Assembly (NCBI GenBank): GCA_001914235.1
Contig: MQUF01000006.1
Span: forward strand, 203,234 to 267,233
Reading direction: 5' to 3'
DNA: 64,000 nucleotides
Origin: Desulfobulbaceae bacterium DB1
GTDB lineage: Bacteria; Desulfobacterota; Desulfobulbia; Desulfobulbales; SURF-16
Below are positions 50,299 through 60,450 of this stretch, one piece after another. Within the stretch, counting starts at the first letter, position 1. Each line of letters starts with the position of its first letter. The translations under genes were made by a program, and so were the position numbers. The notes under the pieces were generated by a model, which worked only from the letters and a program-made list of their open reading frames with translations, was not told the origin of the DNA and did no database searches.

Positions 50299-50597
50299 GT
50301 TTTTACTCCTTTCTGTTTTTGGTGAATTTAACAGATTGGAGCAACATTTTCACTTAACAGCCTGTCCAAATTTTCCAGACCGCCTATATGGAGCCATTTC
50401 AAGATCGCCTTAATGGCGCCACCTGGTGATCGAGTTAATGGAGCCAGCGCATGTGTTGGTTGCTTTGAGTTGTAAGTGGTTTTTGTGTTTAATTGCAATC
50501 ATGATCTCCTACCCGCCCTACACTAATTTTTCAATGGGCAGGTGTCTCACTTACATTGACACAGAGGGTTACGAGAAAATTCTACTTTTTAACACCT

Positions 50598-51518
50598 CTA
50601 TTTTTCGGGGGGATTACCAGCCCACAACGACCGCAAATAATGGGATAATTCATTTAAATCAGATTCATTCAGGCGAATTGAATTGGAAACCTCAAAAGAT
50701 TCTGGAACCGCGTTGACTTGCTCAAGTGATACTCCTTTCTGTTTTTTGTAAAAATCACAAAAACCAGAAACTATCTCTTGGGTTTTTTTGCAAAAGACCT
50801 CATAGTTGATGTTAAAGACTGGCAGGTTTTTGCAATTTCCAATGTCACAATCCATGTTTTTTTCCAAATAGTAAATTTGTTCGCAAACCTGTTTGATTGG
50901 AGTACTGTTTTTTATCTGTTCGAATTCCTTTGGCTTAACAGAGAACCAATGACCGGTAGTGCCAAATACCCTTTCCCTCCCCAATAAAACTGATTGGGCG
51001 GTCAAGAGGTGGTTTCGGTGAACTCGAATAAGCACCATATCAGGGAAAGCCTTTCTGAGAGCCAAGATTCGCACACAATGTCCTTGCGATTTATTGATAA
51101 AAGGAGCGCCAAAGTAGGCTTCAACATGTGCTATTGTTCCTTGCATTTCTTTTAATTGCCAATCAGACAGATGGCCTTCGCTGACATAGCTTTGATCTGG
51201 TGGAAACCATCTGCACCATATGTGTCGGCCTTGGCTTGGAGCATTCCAGCCAAGCGTTTCACCATAATTGTTTTTCAAAGAATGCTTAGGAATGAACGGT
51301 TTCAATTTTGAAGCAATGAGTGAAACGAGACATGGATTCTCTGGAAATTTGTCAACCACATTACAAAAATATGAAAGTTTTAAGGCCCGAGTCAATACGA
51401 GATATATCAGTGTGGTGCCAGACCGAGGTGGTCCCACAATAAAAATAGGAGGATATTTAGGGCCATGGCTATTGACTATTTTTTTTTTTTCGTACTGATC
51501 CAGTAGAGTTAGTATCAT
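50598..51518 (-). CDS. Sulfotransferase family protein
   Basis: 5'-PSB loop PIFIVGPPRSGTTLIYLVL and a later RVHRNHLLTAQS (3'-PB-like). 306 aa. AT-rich. Confidence 0.75.
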   Translation of the reverse strand: MILTLLDQYEKKKIVNSHGPKYPPIFIVGPPRSGTTLIYLVLTRALKLSYFCNVVDKFPENPCLVSLIASKLKPFIPKHSLKNNYGETLGWNAPSQGRHIWCRWFPPDQSYVSEGHLSDWQLKEMQGTIAHVEAYFGAPFINKSQGHCVRILALRKAFPDMVLIRVHRNHLLTAQSVLLGRERVFGTTGHWFSVKPKEFEQIKNSTPIKQVCEQIYYLEKNMDCDIGNCKNLPVFNINYEVFCKKTQEIVSGFCDFYKKQKGVSLEQVNAVPESFEVSNSIRLNESDLNELSHYLRSLWAGNPPEK

Positions 51519-51544
51519 TTTCTTAAAGAATTTATAGTTTCTAC

Positions 51545-52370
51545 AGAGGTGGCACCGGTTATTAGAATAGGTTAGCGGCTAAAATAAGGTGGAAAGCCGT
51601 CATGTTTAAGCCGCCAATTTGATAACCTGGCCTTTGTAGCCGGGTCGGTCTTTTTGCCAATATGCCCTCATCCAGAGTTCTGTCGTCAAGGTCGGAATTA
51701 GGACGCCGTGTGTTATAAAAATTAATCCAGCGATTGAGGCCTTGTCGTACCTCGCTTCCGGTTTCAAAAGCATGGAGATAAATACATTCGTACTTCAGTG
51801 AGCGCCATAGCCTTTCGATCATAAAATTATCTATCCAGCGTCCTTTACCATCCATGGAGATGCGGATGTCCGCGTCTTTGAGCGCATCGGTAAAATCCTC
51901 GCTGGTAAACTGGTTGCCCTGATCGGTATTGAAAATTTCTGGTTTGCCATAGCGAGCCAGGGCCTCTTCAAGTGCGGCCACGCAGAAATCGGAGTCCATG
52001 GTGTGGGATAACCGCCAGGACAAAACTTTGCGACTGGACCAATTCATAATCGCTACCATATACAGAAAACCCAGCCGCATCGGGACATAGCTAATATCAA
52101 CACACCAGACCTGATTGGCCCTGTTGATCGTCATGCCGCGCAACAAGGTAAGGATAAATCTTGTGCAACGGATGTGGTTTCGGGGTGTTCGGCTTCTGGT
52201 AAATGGCCGAGAGACCCATCTGCCGCATCAGGGGCGTCCGATTCGTTTGCGATTCACCCCATAGCCCGACGACGCAGATGCCGGGACATCTGTCGGGCTC
52301 CGCACCAAAGCGTTTCGAGATACTGCTCGTCGATCAGGTGCATCAATTCCAAGTTCAGGGCAGTTTAGAC
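51545..52370 (-). pseudogene. Decayed IS3-family element: OrfB remnant with at least two frameshifts, 5' part deleted
   Basis: The track ORF 51562..52146 reads RANQVWCVDISYVP...IFNTDQGNQFTS...ISMDGKGRWIDNFMIERLW. The upstream continuation (LELMHLIDEQYLE...QMGLSAIYQKPNTPKPHPLHKIYPY) is readable only by switching frames. There is no orfA. The terminal sequence AGAGGTGGCACCGGTT (51545-) resembles the IR of the intact IS3. Confidence 0.8.
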
Positions 52371-52377
52371 GAACAGG

Positions 52378-53490
52378 CTATTCTTTGTTACGAGGAGGTG
52401 AAATTTCATAATTCAAAAAATCATTTGGATCTCCAGTTTTGCCGTCTTCTGCCGCCCTGACAATGTTGTAAGCTTCTCTCGCGGTTACATAATGTAGTCG
52501 GTATTCACCTTGAGAATATTTTTTTTCTAAATAGGAAAACATATCATCAACCACATCACTAAATATTGTTTTTCGGCTTTGGATGCCATGCGTATACACT
52601 TTCACGAATATCCATTCGGGGCGGCCTTTAACATGAATATTGGCATTAATCCAACTATCTATTTTTTTAGAATCAGGTGTGAGCCTTGATTCGACAGCCC
52701 CATAATCTTTTAAGGTGAGAGGGCCTTGGAAAATCATAAGGTCTCTCTTGTTTGAGCTACCAACCTGCACGTCAACTCCAGAATTGTATGATTTATTTTC
52801 ATCGTCCTCCTCAGCATAATATATGCTGTTTATTTTTGCCGGCTGCGATTTATTCCCAAAGCTCGGAAAGGTGAAATCTGCGTAACAGCCTGCCTTTTTG
52901 AGAATTTCCAGTTCTCTACTAACACCGCAATGTTCAATTTTTCCAGAATTGTCCAGTGCCCAATTCCCATGGATAAATCCAAAATTTACGCAGCCTTCAC
53001 GAGAGATCATAACGCCATAAGTGTTGAACCACTGCACAGCTTTTTCAAGTTTTTCGGGAAATGTTGCATTTGTGTCATTTCCATGATGCCAATGGAATTC
53101 AATTTCTCCGTAGTCCTCTCTGGTAAAGGAGCTTAAAGCGGCCATTATCGTATCATTTCGCTGATCATAGGCAAAAAACCACGTATGTTGTGGTTTTCTT
53201 CCGTAGCTATCGCTATGACGATCCGCTAGGCTTCGGTAATTTGCCAGCCAATTTTTATTTTTTTCTTCCCCATTTTCCCACCCCGGCTCATAATGATCTA
53301 CGAAAAGAAACAGTATATGTTTTACTCCAGACACCTGTTCAGGGCGTTCCAAGACCTGACGTATATAATCGGGGAGCCAGATATACATTTTCCATCGTAT
53401 GATTTTAAATACTGGAACTGCGATAAGCAAAAGTGCAACTAGTGTGAGTATGACAAATAAATATAATCTATTGTCTAGAGTTGTAGTCAT
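52378..53490 (-). CDS. Membrane-anchored hypothetical protein of the EPS locus (possibly a deacetylase/esterase-like metal-binding fold)
   Basis: N-terminal TM helix. His/Asp-rich blocks FVDHYEPGW, EFHWHHGND, GFIHGNWALDN and VYTHG. The family was not recognised with confidence. Confidence 0.6.
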   Translation of the reverse strand: MTTTLDNRLYLFVILTLVALLLIAVPVFKIIRWKMYIWLPDYIRQVLERPEQVSGVKHILFLFVDHYEPGWENGEEKNKNWLANYRSLADRHSDSYGRKPQHTWFFAYDQRNDTIMAALSSFTREDYGEIEFHWHHGNDTNATFPEKLEKAVQWFNTYGVMISREGCVNFGFIHGNWALDNSGKIEHCGVSRELEILKKAGCYADFTFPSFGNKSQPAKINSIYYAEEDDENKSYNSGVDVQVGSSNKRDLMIFQGPLTLKDYGAVESRLTPDSKKIDSWINANIHVKGRPEWIFVKVYTHGIQSRKTIFSDVVDDMFSYLEKKYSQGEYRLHYVTAREAYNIVRAAEDGKTGDPNDFLNYEISPPRNKE

Positions 53491-53648
53491 TTTATTCCCT
53501 TGATAGCTGCTTGTGCAGGCACTGATTCAGGATTATCTATAAATAACCATGGCCTTCTTGTTCAAGACGATCTTTTGCTGCAACTCCGTCACGGATTAAA
53601 GGAAGACTACCAACATAAGCAGCATGAAGATCAAAATTTGAAAAGGAC

Positions 53649-54218
53649 TTAAAAAATTTTTTTGGCTAATTTTGCAGGATTTCCTGCCATGAGAGAAAAA
53701 TCTTCTGTTCTCGACGTAACCACACTTCCTGCCGCAATGACATTTTGGAGACCTAAGTCAGCCATAATTATTGCCCCATTACCTATCCAGCAATTTTCCC
53801 CAATGCGGACTTTAATGAATTCCCCAGATTGTTCTTGAATAGGCACACCTATTTGCGCATAACCGTGTTGATGCTTCCCGCTTAGGATATTGACTCCGCT
53901 ACCAATGGTGACATGATTCTCAAGAACCGCCTTACCAAGAATACAGTAACTCCCTATGTAATAACCTAATCCCAGTTCAGCCTCCGATTGAGAAAAAAAA
54001 GTGCCGAACCCAATATATCCATGGGAGGAACAGCGTTTTAGAGTCTGACAATAATATGCCACACGAAGATAACTGCCTGCCTTGCCAGGAACCAGCGCCA
54101 ATAATTGAGCCTGGCCAGCAAATAGTGAAGACGATTGCGATAGTCGAAAAATCATGGCCAGCGGGAATGTGCAAATGAGAGCAAGGAGCTGTAATATTTT
54201 TTTCAATAACTCTTTCAC
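53649..54218 (-). CDS. Hexapeptide-repeat (LbH) acyl/acetyltransferase, WcaF-like
   Basis: VTIGSGVNILSGKHQH...IGENCWIGNGAIIMADLGLQNVIAAGSVVT. Confidence 0.85.
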   Translation of the reverse strand: MKELLKKILQLLALICTFPLAMIFRLSQSSSLFAGQAQLLALVPGKAGSYLRVAYYCQTLKRCSSHGYIGFGTFFSQSEAELGLGYYIGSYCILGKAVLENHVTIGSGVNILSGKHQHGYAQIGVPIQEQSGEFIKVRIGENCWIGNGAIIMADLGLQNVIAAGSVVTSRTEDFSLMAGNPAKLAKKIF

Positions 54219-55348
54219 CCGTGGTCTCCTACCAGCTTATGGTAAAGATTTTGATAGGCCGCAACCATCGACTCTTTTGCAAAAAGCTCTTGGACAATCT
54301 TTCTGTTTAGTGCGGAAACCGACTCATGATTCATTCGTAGAGCTCCAAGAATGCCTCTAGCAAGCCCTTCGCTTGCACTATCAAGGGAAATTACAAATCC
54401 ATTGACTCCGCCTTGAACGGCCTCTCTCGCACCTCCAACATCTGTGACAACAACAGGCAGTCCGCATGCCAGATATTCAACTAACGCATTAGAAAAACTC
54501 TCCGAATGTGAAGCCAGGACACCCACATCCATATCCAAGAGAAGATCGGCAACATCCTCTCTCTTCCCAAGAAAGAAAACATATTTCGATAATGACAATT
54601 CGGAGGCCAACCGTTCAAGCCGTTTACGCTCTTGGCCCTCCCCGATAATTACGAAATAAACTGATGATATCTGGTCCGCAACTATTCTGGCTGCTCGCAG
54701 GAAAATTTCATGGCCCTTAACAGGCCTGAGGTTTGCCACGATGCAAACAAGTCGAGCACAATCTGGGGTATTATATTCCTTGCGGAGATTGACCTTCGCC
54801 TTACGGGACAAATCATAGTATTCTAACTCAATCCCATTCAGAATTACGGAAATTTTTTGCCCTGGAATTCCTTCTCGTTTCATAGCCCACTGCTTTGTGC
54901 TATGGGAATTCGCAATGAAATGGGTTGTCAAGCAATTCAAAAAACGAAGTTGAAGGAGTTCCAAAAGACCAATCCAATAACCCTGATTTCTTCTTGAGGA
55001 GATAACAGACTTTACACCAGCCAAACAACCAGCAACCACACCAATTTTGTTCGCATCCACGAAATAGGTCTGGACAATATCGATTCTTTCCTGCTTCAAA
55101 TATCGTACAAATTTGAGAAGTTGCATGACGGAACGGAAACATCTTAGTGCCCCAAATTCAAGATCAATTAGGGGGCAGTCTTTAAATGTTTCCTTGAGCC
55201 AAGGGGAAGATCGAAGGACACAAAGATATGGTAAAAATTTACGTCTATCCAAATTACGTATGAGCAGCAGCAACTGCTTCTCCGTCCCTGCTGTCGGTGA
55301 TTCAATTGTATCGATAACGAAGGCAATTTTAATCATACGTTGATCCAT
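54215..55348 (-). CDS. Glycosyltransferase family 4
   Basis: IAFVIDTIESPTAGTEKQLLLLI and VGVLASHSESFSNALVEYLACGLPVVVTDVGGAREAV. Confidence 0.85.
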   Translation of the reverse strand: MDQRMIKIAFVIDTIESPTAGTEKQLLLLIRNLDRRKFLPYLCVLRSSPWLKETFKDCPLIDLEFGALRCFRSVMQLLKFVRYLKQERIDIVQTYFVDANKIGVVAGCLAGVKSVISSRRNQGYWIGLLELLQLRFLNCLTTHFIANSHSTKQWAMKREGIPGQKISVILNGIELEYYDLSRKAKVNLRKEYNTPDCARLVCIVANLRPVKGHEIFLRAARIVADQISSVYFVIIGEGQERKRLERLASELSLSKYVFFLGKREDVADLLLDMDVGVLASHSESFSNALVEYLACGLPVVVTDVGGAREAVQGGVNGFVISLDSASEGLARGILGALRMNHESVSALNRKIVQELFAKESMVAAYQNLYHKLVGDHG

Positions 55349-55363
55349 GGGTCTTGAGAAGTT

Positions 55364-56407
55364 TCATTCGAAATCTCTAAAAATAAATATTTCTTTTAAG
55401 AACCCCCACCCCAACGAAAAATGAATCCCAAAAAAAATCAACGGAAGAATAAATTTATATTGCCATCCGTTTCTCACGGAAATATCAGCGCTAAAATAAA
55501 GAATTAACCCAGCATAAAGTAAATACGGAAAAATAAACACGCCTGCTAAAACATTCGCAGTATCCGTTATAAAGACTCCCACGAAAACCATTATAATGGC
55601 AGCCAATCCAAGAACAAAAAATAAAGGCACAAGTTGGTTGAAAGTTAGCGCTTCAGGGTGCTTACGAACAAAACGCCTTCTCCCCTGCCCATAGCGGCAT
55701 AATTGCCGGAATAGAGCGCTTAAAGATTCCCGAGGATAATATTGCACGGCAAGGGATGGCGCCGTGTAGCAAGTCAAGCCCGCCTTTTCGACCCGGTAGT
55801 TAAACTCCACATCCTCACAGGCATCAAATGTTTCATCAACATAGCCAACTTTCTCAAAAACATTTCTTCGATAAGCCGCACCATTGCTGGTTGGGCTGAC
55901 AAAACCCTCATAATCACTGTATATGAATGAATCGCCACCGTGCCCTATTCGTGAAGCCCTGGCAAGCGCTACAGCTTTTTGAAAATCTGTGAGACCGGGA
56001 GGGTCCAGTGGTTGCGGCCTGCCGAGGCAGTCAGCCCCGGATTTTTCAAAACAATCCGCAATATTTCGAATTAACTGATTATTCGGCAGAAAACAATGCC
56101 CGTCAATGACCACAAAATATTCCCCGGAACCGGCTTTAAAGCCAATATTACGCCCTGCGCTTGATCGTTTCTTTGGATTTTCCAGCAATTTTATTTGCGA
56201 ATGTTCGCGGGCCATACGCTGGACAATTTCCCTGGTGGCATCTTGGGACATTCCATCAACTACAATGATTTCCAAACGGTCCGCTGGATACTCCTGGGTA
56301 AGAAGCTGCCGCAATGTTCCTTCGATAAAACGTGCCTCATTATACACAGGCATAACAACAGTAACGACAGGAAAATTTGCCTTATCCGGCAATGCAGTTT
56401 TTTTCAT
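55364..56407 (-). CDS. Glycosyltransferase family 2 with C-terminal TM helices
   Basis: VTVVMPVYNEARFI, IIVVDGMSQDATREI and FVVIDGH. Confidence 0.85.
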   Translation of the reverse strand: MKKTALPDKANFPVVTVVMPVYNEARFIEGTLRQLLTQEYPADRLEIIVVDGMSQDATREIVQRMAREHSQIKLLENPKKRSSAGRNIGFKAGSGEYFVVIDGHCFLPNNQLIRNIADCFEKSGADCLGRPQPLDPPGLTDFQKAVALARASRIGHGGDSFIYSDYEGFVSPTSNGAAYRRNVFEKVGYVDETFDACEDVEFNYRVEKAGLTCYTAPSLAVQYYPRESLSALFRQLCRYGQGRRRFVRKHPEALTFNQLVPLFFVLGLAAIIMVFVGVFITDTANVLAGVFIFPYLLYAGLILYFSADISVRNGWQYKFILPLIFFGIHFSLGWGFLKEIFIFRDFE

Positions 56408-57528
56408 ATGGACAACAAAGTTCGATAAATACCCTGGAGATTAATTGATTGTTCCCCAAAACTAAATTCAGCCCTGACCCGATTGTATCCGGCCTCACCC
56501 ATAACGCGCATTTTTTCCGGATCATCCAGACTTTTTGCAATGGCATTGGCCAGCAAATCAGAACGTTCTTTGTCCACCAAATATCCGTTTTCTCCGTCAA
56601 CAACAAGCTCTGGAACACCTCCTACACTGGTCGCCAGAACAGGTTTTGCCAAGGCAAACGATTCAAGTATGACATTGGGAAGCCCCTCTGTTAAAGAGGG
56701 CAGAACCATAAGATCCATGGCCAGAAAAAACTCCTGAATATTCCTCTGAAACCCAGGGAAGCGGCATTTACCGTAAACGCCAAGCTTTTTCGCCTGCTCA
56801 ATAAGGGCAGTATAACAGGGGCCATCACCGCAAAAAATAAAAACAGCCTCATTGCCTTCCTGATTCAATCTCGCCACGGCATCAACCAGGAAACGATGGC
56901 CTTTCTCTGGGCTCAGGCGGCCGGCCGCGACGACTATCTTCGCGTCAGAGGGAATATCGAACCGGGAATGTATTGCCTGTTTCGCAGCTTCAACCTGTGC
57001 ATCATCCCTCGGCGGGACAACAACAGCATTGTGCACAACCCAACTTCGTCTCCCATCTACTCCAAAAGAGGCAAGTTTCTGCCTTTGTCCTTCGGAAACC
57101 GATATAATACCGTCAACTCTTTTTAAAACCTGCCTGTCAAGCCATTCATAAAAGGCGACTTTTTTGTTTTCCGCAGTATAACCCCGCGAAAAGGCAAGAA
57201 CAGAGATTTTATTTTTCCGCCCGCAAAGCCACCCCATGACAGTCGCCTTATAACCGTGAACGCAGAGAATATCTATTTTATTTTTTTTGATAAAACTATC
57301 CAGTATGGATAAAGCCTTGAAGTCAATCGGACCAGCCATGGGGATGGCTTGAGTTGTAATGCCGACAACCGCAGCCTTTTCAAGAATTTCATTTTGTTCG
57401 CCTTCCATGAAAGAGGCGACAATGCCATAAAACTGTTCGGGATCCAAACGCTGAAGATGTTCAACTATTTGTTTCTCCGGTCCTCCATAAAAATTGGTGG
57501 CTATAAGGTGGCAAATCTTTATCGTCAT
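56404..57528 (-). CDS. Glycosyltransferase family 4 (resembles PEP-CTERM/EpsH1-associated sugar transferases)
   Basis: Start at MTIKICHLIATNFYGGPEKQ. Also LSPEKGHRFL and LPSLTEGLPNVILESFALAKPVLATSVGGVPELV. Confidence 0.8.
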   Translation of the reverse strand: MTIKICHLIATNFYGGPEKQIVEHLQRLDPEQFYGIVASFMEGEQNEILEKAAVVGITTQAIPMAGPIDFKALSILDSFIKKNKIDILCVHGYKATVMGWLCGRKNKISVLAFSRGYTAENKKVAFYEWLDRQVLKRVDGIISVSEGQRQKLASFGVDGRRSWVVHNAVVVPPRDDAQVEAAKQAIHSRFDIPSDAKIVVAAGRLSPEKGHRFLVDAVARLNQEGNEAVFIFCGDGPCYTALIEQAKKLGVYGKCRFPGFQRNIQEFFLAMDLMVLPSLTEGLPNVILESFALAKPVLATSVGGVPELVVDGENGYLVDKERSDLLANAIAKSLDDPEKMRVMGEAGYNRVRAEFSFGEQSINLQGIYRTLLSI

Positions 57529-57548
57529 TGTAATTGTTCGAAAAATCA

Positions 57549-58739
57549 TTATGAGCGTGGCGTGCGGGCCCAATCATCCTTTTTAAACCCGATTAATCCA
57601 AGCATGGAAACAAACATCAGGTTAATAACCGTAACCGGGACTTGCATTAAGTAAAAAAATCTGCGCCAGGATAAACCAAACCGGTATATACCAACCACGA
57701 AATAGGCAATATACAAAAACGTTACAACAAGCGCGAAAATCAACAGAAAAGTTGAAAAATCTCCGGGTGCAAAAAAAACACATGCAATAGATACCAACAC
57801 TGCCGCGCATAGCCCCAAAAGAAGAAGAGGTTTACTCAAAACAAGGAAAGACCAACCCGCATCAGCTACGGCCATATTTCTGTTTTTTACCCCCTCCAGT
57901 ATCAGGTTGAAAGCTTCTTTTTTACCAAAACTCAGGTTGCCGCTGGCCCAACGGGTTCTCTGCACTTTGAGCTGTTCATGCGTTACCGGAAAAGGAGAAA
58001 TTACCCGAACTTTTTTTAAAAATTTTATTGCATAGTTCGCCTTGATCAGAGACAAGCTGTATTCAATATCTTCTACGATCGAATGAGCATCCCATGGATA
58101 CTTGCGCAAAACATCCGCCTTGATGGCCATTCCGGTTCCGCGAAGAATCACCGCCATGCCAAGCTGTGATTTAGGGGCATAAAATAATTCGTTCTCAATG
58201 AAATTCCCCACCGCGAGGGCATAACTCATCGGTGATTCATCAGGGTTTCCAACACAATAATTTATCTGTATAACCTCATCGCCTTGAGCTAAAACGACGG
58301 TAAGTTCCGCCAAAGTCCCCGCATCCAGCAGACAGTCCGCATCAACTACAAGTATTACATCAAAATCTTCCTGAAGAATACGGTCAAAAGCCCAAGCCAA
58401 GGCAAAGCCCTTTCCTTTATTGCTGTCATCAAATCTTTCAAAAACTGCAACGTCGTGTTTCCTCGCCATATCCGCAGTTTTATCCGTGCAATTATCGGCA
58501 ACGACAAAAATTTGATATTTATCAGCAGGGTATTCCAAGCCTTTACAAGAGGAAAGGGTTGCTGCAATGACATCCTCTTCATTATGCGCAGGAATGACAA
58601 TGGCAAATGTAATTTTTTTATTACCCTTTATCGTTTCATCCTTTGCCCGGGAAAAAGAGGCGAAAAGTAAAAACCAGTAATAGAGACAAACGACTGACAA
58701 CAAAAAAAGGATAATGATACAAAAGAGTTGCAGCAGCAT
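57549..58739 (-). CDS. Membrane-embedded glycosyltransferase family 2 (processive synthase-like)
   Basis: N-terminal TM, FAIVIPAHNEEDVI, VVDADC, and the QRTRWASG motif (Q(R/Q)xRW) followed by TM helices. Confidence 0.85.
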   Translation of the reverse strand: MLLQLFCIIILFLLSVVCLYYWFLLFASFSRAKDETIKGNKKITFAIVIPAHNEEDVIAATLSSCKGLEYPADKYQIFVVADNCTDKTADMARKHDVAVFERFDDSNKGKGFALAWAFDRILQEDFDVILVVDADCLLDAGTLAELTVVLAQGDEVIQINYCVGNPDESPMSYALAVGNFIENELFYAPKSQLGMAVILRGTGMAIKADVLRKYPWDAHSIVEDIEYSLSLIKANYAIKFLKKVRVISPFPVTHEQLKVQRTRWASGNLSFGKKEAFNLILEGVKNRNMAVADAGWSFLVLSKPLLLLGLCAAVLVSIACVFFAPGDFSTFLLIFALVVTFLYIAYFVVGIYRFGLSWRRFFYLMQVPVTVINLMFVSMLGLIGFKKDDWARTPRS

Positions 58740-58757
58740 AGCTAATTAAGAAAATTC

Positions 58758-59615
58758 CTACTTATTTTGATTACTCTTATTTTCAAGCAGTGATTTGAAC
58801 CCTATTAATATCATCAACCCCAAAACAAAAACAAGCCACCCGGAAAAATCGTGAAGAAACCCCTGTGCCACTCCTTCGCCGAACCTGTGCGCAAGGGCCG
58901 CAGTACCCGTTAATCGGATGATATTAGCCAGTACAGCAATCGGTGCAGCAGCAAGAAAAAGAAGCCATTTTTTTATGACGGTTCCTTTTGCCATATAGGC
59001 AAGAACCGCACTCAGCGCGAACATAGTCACAAGTGACCGCAGCCCCGAGCAGGCATCAACTACTTCGAGAGTTGTTTGAGCGAGATGCAAAACATTCCCC
59101 TCACGGAAAATAGGGATTCCCAAGGCAAGGATCACCTTTTCAGTAATTGCGGATGCAAAGAGCTGCATCGGAAAGGCAAATTTGTTCCAGATAATAGCGG
59201 GAACAGGAATCATAAAAAAAAGATAGACAAGAGGAAACCAAATCTTTTTTGCAAATTCTTTCCCTGCCAAAAAAAGAGCTGCCCCAAAAAGGACAACAAT
59301 CATTGAAGTTCTTTGCAGGAAATATTCGGAACCTATTTTCGCAACAACAAGTTGCATGAGGCCGATGATTATCAGGACAAAGCCCCAATTTGTCGGGAGG
59401 ATACGCCCCTTCTTAAGTTCATCTCGCATTTCATAAATAAGATATGCGGATATAAACGGAATGAAATAACCGTGCGAGTAATTATCGTTAACCTCCCAGT
59501 CTGCTATCATTGTCAGGATAAAAGGATAGTAGAGGAAAGCAAACGCCGCAAAAAAAATAATTGCCTGCACACCCAATTTTCCGTGTGTTGCATTCATCTG
59601 AAAAGGCTTCGTCAT
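58758..59615 (-). CDS. Exosortase (XrtA/EpsH-like)
   Basis: DNYSHGYFIPFIS, VVDACSGLRSL (catalytic Cys) and ANIIRL. Eight predicted TM segments. 4-nt overlap with epsI. Confidence 0.88.
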   Translation of the reverse strand: MTKPFQMNATHGKLGVQAIIFFAAFAFLYYPFILTMIADWEVNDNYSHGYFIPFISAYLIYEMRDELKKGRILPTNWGFVLIIIGLMQLVVAKIGSEYFLQRTSMIVVLFGAALFLAGKEFAKKIWFPLVYLFFMIPVPAIIWNKFAFPMQLFASAITEKVILALGIPIFREGNVLHLAQTTLEVVDACSGLRSLVTMFALSAVLAYMAKGTVIKKWLLFLAAAPIAVLANIIRLTGTAALAHRFGEGVAQGFLHDFSGWLVFVLGLMILIGFKSLLENKSNQNK

Positions 59616-60268
59616 ATTTCTTTCCCCGGCAGGTAATCCTGAAGTGTAACCATGACATCTTCCGCAAACTTTTTCACAAGCTCTTCAGTTTCCCGGATAT
59701 TCTCTTCCCTGGTCGGCGCCATGATACGAATAAACGAGCCATCCCGGCGCTGCTTGAAGAGGGCATCCAGAACTGTATAGATTTTATCCCAGTACTCGGA
59801 ATAAATTATTCTGCCTCGATTTTGAAACCAATACAACGTTATTTGCCGGTCAGCACCGTTCTGGATAATCATGGAATTTATGATGGATGATGGAGCGGAT
59901 TGAGGCTGCAACCGGACAGTTGAGAGCTCAGCAATTCCCCAGCCACCCCCAGGAAGGCAGTTGCGCGGTGAATGGTATCCGCCGGTTACGCCAATGGAAG
60001 AAAAGTAACTTACATATAAATTCACAACTGTTCCATTTCCAGAAGCATAATTGTACTCGATGTAATCGTTTACACCCAGCATATCGATTGTTGGCTGCGA
60101 CAGCGTCTTTGAACTGACAACCTTCCATTCTCCTATTTGCGTGGGGAACTGAGATAGAGGTTTTAGAATGGGAACATCTCTGACCGCTTGGCTAAGGTGT
60201 ATCGCCAGGTATGTAAGACCGAACAAGAGCAGTATGATAGTTAAGCGAAACGAAGGCTTTAATTGCAT
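59612..60268 (-). CDS. epsI: EpsI-family exosortase-associated protein
   Basis: TM anchor, then FPTQIGEWKV...LGVNDYIEYNY...YVSYFSS...GYHSPRNCLPGGGW. Confidence 0.85.
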   Translation of the reverse strand: MQLKPSFRLTIILLLFGLTYLAIHLSQAVRDVPILKPLSQFPTQIGEWKVVSSKTLSQPTIDMLGVNDYIEYNYASGNGTVVNLYVSYFSSIGVTGGYHSPRNCLPGGGWGIAELSTVRLQPQSAPSSIINSMIIQNGADRQITLYWFQNRGRIIYSEYWDKIYTVLDALFKQRRDGSFIRIMAPTREENIRETEELVKKFAEDVMVTLQDYLPGKEI

Positions 60269-60450
60269 GGTGATTTCCCAGCGACTCTTTTAATGTTCAT
60301 CCGGTTAATAATCAAGTATTCCAACATAATTCGCTCAAGCCGATGTTGAGCTTAAGGAACACAAAAAAAACGGGCTGTAGTTGCAATTATCTCTTTTATG
60401 CTCTCCTCTTCATTTTTTTGTTTTTCGTTAAACTTCCTCAACTGTGTCAA

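Larger units (their letters stand above)
49108..50386 (-). mobile_element. IS3-family insertion sequence (boundaries +/-10 bp)
   Basis: Imperfect IRs: GGTGGTCCGGTTTGCTTGGACA (49111-49132) versus the reverse complement of TGTCCAAATTTTCCAGACCGCC (50363-50384). orfA and orfB lie inside. Confidence 0.8.

Noticed and set aside
53491-53648. A short reading frame (…FSNFDLHAAYVGSLPLIRDGVAAKDRLEQEGHGYL*) in the gap between the acetyltransferase and the 370-aa gene, possibly a gene remnant.
   Set aside because: I found no start codon in frame and no recognisable family, and it is too short to evaluate without a database search.
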